Assembly (NCBI GenBank): GCA_964057225.1
Contig: OZ059900.1
Coordinates: 5,456,001 to 5,520,000, forward strand
DNA from: Auanema rhodensis
Lineage: Eukaryota > Animalia > Nematoda
DNA: 64,000 nucleotides
Direction: 5' to 3'
The notes under the pieces are model-generated. The model was not told the origin of the DNA and ran no database searches. It was given only the letters and a program-made list of their open reading frames with translations. The position numbers and the translations under genes are program-made. Positions 35,701 to 46,045 of this stretch are shown here, piece after piece. The number at the start of each line of letters is the position of its first letter. Within the stretch, counting starts at the first letter, position 1.

Positions 35701-37711
35701 TTGATTTGTAACTCGGTGCCCGTTAAAGTTAGAAGAATACTGTACATTTTAATGAATTCTCCATGGCCATATTAGTCTAAAAACACCATCTTATTGTGTT
35801 TGATGCATGGTAGCCAGGACTTCCAATTTTATGTGAACAGTTAGCTATACCACCTAAGTATCCGAAGAAAGTGATCTTGATTTGTAACTCGGTGCCCGTT
35901 AAAGTTAGAAGAATACTGTACATTTTAATGAATTCTCCATGGTCATATTAGTCTAAAAACACTATCTTATTGTGTTTGATGCATGGTAGCCAGGACTTCC
36001 AATTTTATGTGAACAGTTAACTATACCACCTAAGTATCTAAAGAAAGTGATCTTGATTTGTAACTCGGTGCCCGTTAAAGATAGAAGAATACTGTACATT
36101 TTAATAAATTCTCCATGGCCATCTCAGACTAAAAACACTATCTTATTGTGTTTGATGCATGGTAGCCAGGACTTCCAATTTTATGTGAACAGTTAACTAT
36201 ACCACCTAAGTATCTAAAGAAAGTGATCTTGATTTGTAACTTGGTGCTCGTTAAAGATAGAAGAATACTGTACATTTTAATAAATTCTCCATGGTCATAT
36301 TAGTCTAAAAACACTATCTTATTGGGTTTGATGCATGGTAGCCAGGACTTCCAATTTTATGTGAAGAGTTAACTATACCACCTAAGTATCCGAAGAAAGT
36401 GATCTTGATTTGTAACTCGGTGCCCGGTAAAGATAGAAGAATACTGTACATTTTAATGAATTCTCCATGGTCATATTAGTCTAAAAACACTATCTTATTG
36501 TGTTTGATGCATGGTAGCCAGGACTTCCAATTTTATGTGAAGAGTTAACTATACCACCTAAGTATCCGAAGAAAGTGATCTTGATTTGTAACTCGGTGCC
36601 CGGTAAAGATAGAAGAATACTGTACATTTTGATGAACTCTCCATGGCCATATTAGACTAAAAACACTATCTTATTGTGTTTGATGCATGGTAGCCAGGAC
36701 TTCCAATTTTATGTGAAGAGTTAACTATACCACCTAAGTATCCGAAGAAAGTGATCTTGATTTGTAACTCGGTGCCCGTTAAAGATAGAAGAATACTGTA
36801 CATTTTAATGAATTCTCCATGGTCATATTAGTCTAAAAACACTATCTTATTGTGTTTGATGCATGGTAGCCAGGACTTCCAATTTTATGTGAAGAGTTAA
36901 CTATACCACCTAAGTATCCGAAGAAAGTGATCTTGATTTGTAACTCGGTGCCCGGTAAAGATAGAAGAATACTGTACATTTTGATGAATTCTCCATGGCC
37001 ATATTAGACTAAAAACACTATCTTATTGTGTTTGATGCATGGTAGCCAGGACTTCCAATTTTATGTGAAGAGTTAACTATACCACCTAAGTATCCGAAGA
37101 AAGTGATCTTGATTTGTAACTCGGTGCCCGGTAAAGATAGAAGAATACTGTACATTTTGATGAATTCTCCATGGCCATATTAGACTAAAAACACTATCTT
37201 ATTGTGTTTGATGCATGGTAGCCAGGACTTCCAATTTTATGTGAAGAGTTAACTATACCACCTAAGTATCCGAAGAAAGTGATCTTGATTTGTAACTCGG
37301 TGCCCGGTAAAGATAGAAGAATACTGTACATTTTGATGAACTCTCCATGGCCATATTAGACTAAAAACACTATCTTATTGTGTTTGATGCATGGTAGCCA
37401 GGACATCCAATTTTATGTGAACAGTTAACTATACCACCTAAGTATCCGAAGAAAGTGATCTTGATTTGTAACTCGGTGCCCGGTAAAGATAGAAGAATAC
37501 TGTACATTTTGATGAACTCTCCATGGTCATATTAGTCTAGAAACACAATCTTATTCTGTTTGATGCATGGTAGCCAGGACTTCCAATTTTATGTGAACAG
37601 TTAACTATATCACCTAAGTATCTAAAGAAAGTGATCTTGATTTGTAACTCGGTGCCCGTTAAAGATAGAAGAATACTGTACATTTCAATGAATTCTCCAT
37701 GGCCATATTAG
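23792..37711. repeat. 176-bp tandem satellite, right segment (~79 monomers; first 6 bp are the TSD)
   Basis: Same monomer, in register with the left segment; the last monomers are more diverged; ends abruptly at ...GGCCATATTAG. Confidence 0.99.
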
Positions 37712-39843
37712 AAGTCTTACTTTTTAGTCGTTATTGAAACATTTCTTGTCAAAGTCTATCTTCTTAGTTGTTATTCACATATTTCTTTAGCAAAGTCTAT
37801 CTTCTTAGTTGTTATTCACATATTTCTGAGGGTAAGTCTCACTTCTTAGTTGTTATTGACACATTTCTTTGGCAAAGTCTTACTTCTTAGTTGTTATTGA
37901 CATATTTCTTTCGCAGAGTCTATCTTCTTAGTTGTTATTCACAAATTTCTTTGGCAAAGTCTATCTTCTTAGTTGTTATTGACACATTTCTTTGGCAAAG
38001 TCTTACTTCTTAGTTGTTATTGACACATTTCTTTGGCAAAGTCTTACTTCTTAGTTGTTATTGACACATTTCTTTGGCAAAGTCTATCTTCTCAGTTGTT
38101 ATTCACACATTTCTTTGGCAAAGTCTTACTTCTTAGTTGTTATTGACACATTTCTTTGGCAAAGTCTTACTTCTTAGTTGTTATTGACATATTTCTTTGG
38201 CAAAGTCTATCTTCTCAGTTGTTATTCACACATTTCTTTGGCAAAGTCTATCTTCTTAGTTGTTATTCACATATTTCTTTGGCAAAGTCTATCTTCTCAG
38301 TTGTTATTCACACATTTCTTTGGCAAAGTCTATCTTCTTAGTTGTTATTCACATATTTCTGAGGGTAAGTGTCACTTCTTAGTTGTTATTGACACATTTC
38401 TTTGGCAAAGTCTTACTTCTTAGTTGTTATTGACATATTTCTTTGGGTAAGTCTTACTTTTTAGTTGTTATTCACATATTTCTTTGGCAAAGTCTATCTT
38501 CTTAGTTGTTATTGACACATTTCTTTGGCAAAGTCTTACTTCTTAGTTGTTATTGACACATTTCTTTGGCAAAGTCTTACTTCTTAGTTGTTATTGACAC
38601 ATTTCTTTGGCAAAGTCTATCTTCTTAGTTGTTATTGACACATTTCTTTGGCAAAGTCTATCTTCTCAGTTGTTATTCACACATTTCTTTGGCAAAGTCT
38701 TACTTCTTAGTTGTTATTGACACATTTCTTTGGCAAAGTCTTACTTCTTAGTTGTTATTGACATATTTCTTTGGCAAAGTCTATCTTCTCAGTTGTTATT
38801 CACACATTTCTTTGGCAAAGTCTATCTTCTTAGTTGTTATTCACATATTTCTTTGGCAAAGTCTATCTTCTCAGTTGTTATTCACACATTTCTTTGGCAA
38901 AGTCTATCTTCTTAGTTGTTATTCACATATTTCTGAGGGTAAGTGTCACTTCTTAGTTGTTATTGACACATTTCTTTGGCAAAGTCTTACTTCTTAGTTG
39001 TTATTGACATATTTCTTTGGGTAAGTCTTACTTTTTAGTTGTTATTCACATATTTCTTTGGCAAAGTCTATCTTCTTAGTTGTTATTGACACATTTCTTT
39101 GGCAAAGTCTTACTTCTTAGTTGTTATTGACACATTTCTTTAGCAAAGTCTATCTTCTTAGTTGTTATTGACACATTTCTTTGGCAAAGTCTTACTTCTT
39201 AGTTGTTATTGACATATTTCTTTCGCAGAGTCTATCTTCTTAGTTGTTATTCACATATTTCTTTGGCAGAGTCTATCTTCTTAGTTGTTATTCACATATT
39301 TCTGAGGGTAAGTCTCACTTCTCAGTTGTTATTCACATATTTCTTTGGCAGAGTCTATCTTCTTAGTTGTTATTAACACATTTCTTTGGGTAAGTCTTAC
39401 TTTTTAGTCGTTATTGAAACATTTCTTGTCAAAGTCTATGTTCTTAGTTGTTATTAACACATTTCTTGTCAAAGTCCATCTTTTTAGTTGTTATTCACAT
39501 ATTTCTTAGGGTAAGTCTTACTTCTCAGTTGTTATTCACATATTTCTTTGGCAAAGTCTATCTTCTTAGTTGTTATTGACACATTTCTTTGGCAAAGTCT
39601 TACTTCTTAGTTGTTATTGACATATTTCTTTGGGTAAGTCTTACTTTTTAGTTGTTATTGAAACATTTCTTGTCAAAGTCTTTCTTCTTAGTTGTTTTTC
39701 ACATATTTCTTGTCAAAGTCTATCTTCTTAGTTGTAATTAACACATTTCTTGTCAAAGTCCATCTTTTTAGTTGTTATTCACATATTTCTTCGGGTAAGT
39801 CTTACTTTTTAGTTGTTATTGAAACATTTCTTGTCAAAGTCTT
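37712..39843. repeat. 41-bp minisatellite (~52 units) with a 574-bp (14-unit) higher-order duplication
   Basis: Unit AAGTCTTACTTCTTAGTTGTTATTGACACATTTCTTTGGCA; identical ORF-track peptides at 38156/38730 and 38178/38752 are offset by 574 = 14 x 41. Confidence 0.97.
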
Positions 39844-39898
39844 TTTGTATTTTTTATTTTTTTGTAGAAATAATGAATAATGTATTTTTGTAGAAATA

Positions 39899-42800
39899 AT
39901 GAATAAAGGTGGCCGCCCCAGAAAAGTGCTGCACTGGAAAACAAAAGCAAAATGTGTTGTCGCCGCTCAATCGTTCTAATTTTTCTGCTTTTTTTTAAGT
40001 GAAACAATTGCAAAATTCTGATAATGTCTCAACAAGTGAGTATGTTCCTGACCAATACATTGACAGTTTCATTGCTCCAAGCAATGAAAATGTCCAATTA
40101 TGCAATAAAGAAACTTATAATGATTTCGCACAGAAGGAATTAGTTTATTATGAGAGTAAGATTCCGTTGTTCTCACATTACTTATAATTTTTTTGAGAGT
40201 TTACTGGTTGGAAACTTGAACCTGCAAAGAAGGTGGTCAGCGAAAGTTTTAAAAAATTTGATTCCCATGTCGGTTACTGCTTTATATGCTTGAAATTTTC
40301 GTCAAATTTGAAACGACACTTAGTACCCCCTCCTTTTATTCTGATCTTACATAATATTTTTCAGAAAACACATTTAAATTGTTCAGGGCTAGATAATGGT
40401 GATAAGCTTGTTTACAATTTTCTCACTTATTCGAAGTTGAAAGAAAACGAAATTAGGATCAAGTTTTTGGAAAATCGGTTCATAAACAAAGAACTTTTTT
40501 TGTCTTTAACTGAAACAGTATCACCAAGAAACAAAGCAGTTCTCATTGAAGAGCTCGAAAAGTGCTTCAAAATATTATCATTTTTGTTTCAGTCTTCCTC
40601 TATAATTTAGGGTTGGGATCATATTCACACCTATGTGTTCCCGAACTTCTTTGACAAGTAGTATCTGGGATTTCACAGAAAAACAATCTTTTATGCTAAC
40701 CAGTGAAGAAACTAGCTCGACAGATGAAAGTCTTGAGTTAGAGGTATTGCTTAGGTGCAACTTTTATATACTCTATATTTCAAGAGGCTAATTTGTTGTC
40801 CGGTTTGTAATGAAGATGAATATACTATCGAAGTACCTCTTGGCAGAACCACAAGAACTGCTCGAAGTGCATTATCAACACATAATTTGAATAAAATGTT
40901 AATCATTGGGAAGCAACCACTTCTTTTTAAAATAATTGAACATATATCGCAATATGGATTGAAAGGAGAATCTTTTTATGGAGATAGTTTTGTGGTAAGG
41001 TTTTCTTCTTAGTTTTCAAGCTTCTTCTTTTTTATAGGCAAAGGCAAAAAACTCAAAACAAATTGGAACTGAAATAGTGAACTCAGTCTCTAAAATACTA
41101 TTATTCACATTTCGATTAAGAAAGGCAAAAATTTTTGAAATTCAAAATGTTTCTGAGCTAGATATACCATCAATATGCCAAGCTATAAACACTTATTATT
41201 TTCTCTATCTTAAGGTTATTAAGACAATTAAACTTTTCATTATCACGATTTACAGATTTATGACCGAGGGTCGATAATCAATTTTTTACGAAATATAGAA
41301 AGCTTTATTAGCATTTTGCCCGAAGTGTTCCCGTGAGATGGAATTGAAGCCGAAATTTTAAAACAGTTTGATTATTTCAGTGGCATGACAAGTTCTTTGA
41401 ATTACGTCACGAATGAAGCATTAATAGTACGCCGACTACAGTTTTTGAAAGCTAGAGTTTCTGCTGTGAGTTACTACTAACAAAATTACGATTAAAACTT
41501 TTGATTTAGAAAAATCTTATTAGCGACAGTTTTGCGCGCCATTCAAGAACAATACACTCTTACAAATATCTTTATGATATTTGTCAACCAATAAAGCGTT
41601 GGTTAAAAGAAATGATAGAAAGAAATAAGTGAGTTGTCTCACAAAACATTCAAGTTATATAAAAATAATATTATAGTTTGAGTGATTTGAAGAAACCCAC
41701 TTTGTTCAGAAGATTGGGAGCTGCTATCAATCTTCTCATCTTATTGGAAAATGGTCAACGACCAGAAGTACTAAGCAACAGTTAACAAAATTTAAATCGG
41801 ATTTTTAAGATTGCATATAAGTTACGTTACGAAGATTACAAGAAAATGGAAAAAATACCAAAAATAAGTGAACATAAATTTTACTTACCATTTCCCTTTA
41901 ACAAGTCTAGTCAATCAAATATGCAGGTACTTGATTAATCGAAATTGGTATGAGTGTCACAACTACTCCAGATTATCTTATCCGAAGAATTAGCTGATAT
42001 TCTTAACACTTATGTGAAAATTAGAATTGAAATGAGCCCTATAGGTATTTGTTTGGGTAGAACGTTTGATAAGTTTATATTTAGTTGAGAATCAATCAAA
42101 TTTACTTTTTACAAACTCAGATGGGAATTGCTTGAAAAATCTTATGCGAAGTGTAAGCTATAACTAGTTTTAAAACCGTTCATTCTTTTTTTAAGATCAG
42201 AGATATAGACAGATTTTATTTAAAAACTGGAAAGTTTGATGATTGGACTTTTCTTGCAGTACGAAACGCTGCTACTAACACAGAAGTAGGAGCTTTTTTA
42301 AATCTTGATTCTTCAAGGTTACCTGATGAATTGTTTCCTGCTGTTGGTTCAATGGGTCATTCTAAGAATATACACATACGGGTTTATACAAATATGTTTC
42401 AAAAATTCTATGTACTTTTTGTTTCAGCGATATCTGACGAATTCGGTGTACATAGCTAATATTGCTCATTCCTGGTTATTGAAAACGGCCATGCAAAGCG
42501 ATCCGTCTAACAATAATAATTTGAGCTGTTTGAATGATTTGTTTCAAGTAACGATAAGTTATTAAAAATTATGTACATATTTCTCAATACAGGACATTCC
42601 CCAAGATATCAATGAAGATCAAATGTCCTATTCCAATGAGAAAAACGAAAAAGAAATCGTTAGTTCGAATCGTGATTATTTAATCTTTTTTTTTTATAGC
42701 AGTCAACGACAATAGAAGATAACTGTCCCAATAATGATGATTGTACTCGTATTATCACACCGAAAAGCTGCATAATGAACGTTACTGAGCCTGTAGTCGA

Positions 42801-44466
42801 TGTTCAAAAAACGAATGATGCGAAAAAAATCGATTCTGTCGACATCAGTTCAGATAGTTCAAGAACGAAAACATTAAGAAATAGACATTCAGACAACAGG
42901 TCTTCAAGAATGACGTTTTCTGATGAAAATAGAGCAATTATAAAGTACAATATCCAGGTTATATCAAATATACATATTCAAATAATAAAATTGTAAATCA
43001 AATACCAATTTCAGGTTCTTTCAGCGTGTTTCAAAAATTACGATGGTGAACCAATGTCGATTTTGCTTAATGTAGTTGATGAGCAAATTGTTTCTAAGTC
43101 GGACACGAGACTGGTTAATTTTGCTACTAACAACTGGCCTTTGATTATCACAAAACCGTCAAAGTTGCCATCACTGATTAATACCGGGATTGGTTTTTCT
43201 TACTAGATTAACTTCATTAATTCAAAATATTTAGGAGTTTATGCATTAAAAAATATTGAACAAGGTACAGATGTTACAGCTTACTATTCAATTCAATTGG
43301 GAAACAAGCAAGAGTTAAGGTTTGATCTGGAAACAACAACAAACCTTATAAAAATTTGTATCTTTAGATCCAAAATTTCGCAACTAACAACAGACACATA
43401 CAGATTGTTTTATGAAAATAACGTAGCGTATGGTCATGTTGCTCTTGGCATTGAAACAAGTTTGGGTAAGTGAATTTCTGTAGTTTTCGGCTAAAGCTTC
43501 TTACTCAGTAAACGAAAATAAAATGAAACGACTAGCAGGACCAATTATAAACCATAGTTTGTTACACACAAATGTTAAAGTCAATGTTGAAAACTTGTTA
43601 CCTGAATATAAAACAGGTGAGTACAGGACACTATGATCTGTAATAAATATTTTGTTAAAGATGAAATAAAAAGCATGCTTGTGATGACTACAACTCGTGA
43701 AATCTTGAAAGGTGAACAATTGCTATGGTGCTACGTGCAAGAAAGAGATGCAAAAAGTGTAGATATACCGTACTTTTATGTGTGTCCTTGTGAAAAATGT
43801 TTGGGTAGATGCTTGTGTAAGAAATGCAAAGGAAAGATATATCACGACTTTAATATATCAGAAACTCGAACGAAAATTTTGACAAATTTTGTAGATGACG
43901 GGGTATTAAAATTATACATTAATTATTTAATTGTTTCTTTTCAGAAGGCCAAAACTTATACGATGAACTTGGAACAAATGCTCCTCTTGATATTAAAAAA
44001 CAGCAAAACGCGAAATGAAAGACAGGTAATGAAAAACAAATATAAAAATCAGGTGATAGTTTAGATGCGGAGTGCGAGTCTGGACAAAATAAAAAAACTT
44101 GTGGAAAGTTACACACAAACAAACTTCAATAAAAAACAATATGAAACATTTTTGAATAGCATTGTTGAAAATCAAATATTAGAATTGGTAGAATTAATTG
44201 TTTCAAAAGTGAAGGAATGCTTTCAAAATGAGAAAGCAGTGGTTACAGCAATTATTGACCTAATAGTGCCACTATTTGGAACATCGTTTATCATGATAAG
44301 ATCAGATACTATTATGGAATTTGTAGAAACAGCTAATAACTATGATAATACAGTTAGAGTGTATATGTTTGAAATATCTTGTTCTAATATTACTTTGTAC
44401 GAATTAGTACGCTTGGATAACATTGATCAATATGATAATTTGTTAACAATTTCATGTTCCTTCTAG
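39899..44466 (+). CDS. 25-exon AT-hook / C2H2-like finger / tyrosine recombinase / SET-domain fusion protein, ~1168 aa
   Basis: Exons 39899-39953, 40000-40155, 40198-40322, 40365-40561, 40611-40743, 40785-40994, 41038-41214, 41256-41332, 41381-41465, 41510-41628, 41677-41767, 41810-41926, 41972-42044, 42085-42152, 42196-42381, 42428-42547, 42593-42658, 42700-42957, 43015-43192, 43235-43319, 43368-43465, 43509-43616, 43661-43902, 43945-44025, 44065-44466 splice without stops. Motifs: GGRPRK; CFIC..NLKRHLKTH; NGQRPEIAYKLRYED; LFTNSDG; TFLAVRNAAT; MGHSKNIHIRRY; TGIGVYALKNIEQG; GPIINHS; REILKGEQLLWCY; CPCEKC..CLCKKC. Confidence 0.85.
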
Positions 44467-44645
44467 AAATATAGTTATGTAGTTTATTGTTGTACAAACA
44501 AGCCTGCCTCGAATACATAGTTTTATTGTTTTAAGTTTGAGTTATATTTTTTCTGAAGTGTTTGAATATTTTATGTTGCATAGAAGTGTTGTTGCTGATA
44601 AAATATTTTTGGTTATGCAACTTTCACATGAACTTGTTTAGAAAT

Positions 44646-45572
44646 TTTTATAAAATTTCAAGTATGTTCATAACTAGAGGTAATACAGTGTTAGTTAAAA
44701 GTAATACAATTTTCGTGCAGGCTCAGCCTTAGCAGTAATAAAACTTCTATTTTCAAGTTATGAACATCACATTGGAGTCATATATAACACTTCTATTTTA
44801 TACACTTAACACAAAACACAATAACACTTCTATTTTCAAGTTATGAACATCACATTGGAGTCATATAACAGGTTTGTTCATTCATATTATAAGTAGTTGA
44901 AAAAATTGTAATAGAAAGAAAATGTTCGACAGCACATTGTAAAAACTAGATGACTTTCTCACAAAACAGATCTCATCTCATAAGTCTTATTGATGATACA
45001 TTTGCTATCTCTCCTTTTATCTCTCATAATCTCGTTAACATTGAAGAATATTTTCTGAAAAATGAGAAAAAGAATATTTCTCTGAATATCTTTTCATCAC
45101 GAAAATTTAAAAAAATACTTTTTTAATCTTATTGATATATCAATCTTGAATTAGAGAGTTTCTAAAGGCATGTGTTAAAATGGTATAAAGATTTTCACTA
45201 TGACTAGGAATGTTTTATAAAATTTCAAGTATGTTCATAACTAGACGTAATACAGTGTTAGTCAAAAGTAATACAATTTTCGTGCAGGCTCAGCCTTAGC
45301 AGTAATAAAACTTCTATTTCCAAAGTTATGAACATCACATTGGAGTCATATAACAGGTTTGTTCATTCATATTATAAGTAGTTGAAAAAATTGTAATAGA
45401 AAGAAAAAGTTCGACAGCACATTGTAAAAACTAGATGACTTTCTCACAAAACAGATCTCATCTCATAAGTCTTATTGATGATACATTGCTATCTCTCCTT
45501 TCATCTCTCATAATCCCGTTAACATTGAAGAATATTTTCTGAAAAATGAGAAGAAGAATATTTCTCTGAATA
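44646..45572. repeat. Direct repeat pair (44646-45088 and 45213-45572)
   Basis: Near-identical ~360-bp blocks beginning TTTTATAAAATTTCAAGTATG; the first copy carries an extra ~80 bp that includes an internal duplication. Confidence 0.92.
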
Positions 45573-46045
45573 ACAAAGTCAGGAGCATCAAGCTAGAGCC
45601 ACGTAAGCGGCTCATTATTTTTTTCAGCCGTAAATGTTCTTTTGTTGAGTATTTCCATAGGGCGTTTACAGAAACAAATGACAACTGAGACTAAGTGAAT
45701 GCGAATTCTACGTAAATGCACGCTTGATTGTATTGCATTCCTGAATGAAAATAGTATTTTTAAATCCTATAATTAATTTAATCTTTGTCCTCAATCCTCC
45801 GATTTGGAATACATAGAAAGTTATAACATTTGGTCATTATAGCATTATATTTGTGATCCCACTATGAATGTGGTGGCTCAGCATGTCACCAAGATATATT
45901 TGTTTAGTTAGGTTTGTGGTAGTAGTTCATTTCAGTATTCACATTTTCATTTCTTATTAATCACTTGCGTATCTTGTTATCTATTTTTGGATGTTTTGCT
46001 CTCTCAACTATGTATTCATTTTAGACATTATATTTTTACTGGAAA

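Noticed and set aside
1-37711. CRISPR-like array
   Set aside because: Units are head-to-tail with no unique spacers, there are no cas genes, and the context is eukaryotic.
38156-39880. Hydrophobic ORFs in the 41-bp array
   Set aside because: Periodic translations of the minisatellite with non-ATG starts.
42286-42317. Possible 32-bp intron in the recombinase domain
   Set aside because: Splicing it creates an immediate stop; reading through is open and preserves the AVR...MGHS spacing.
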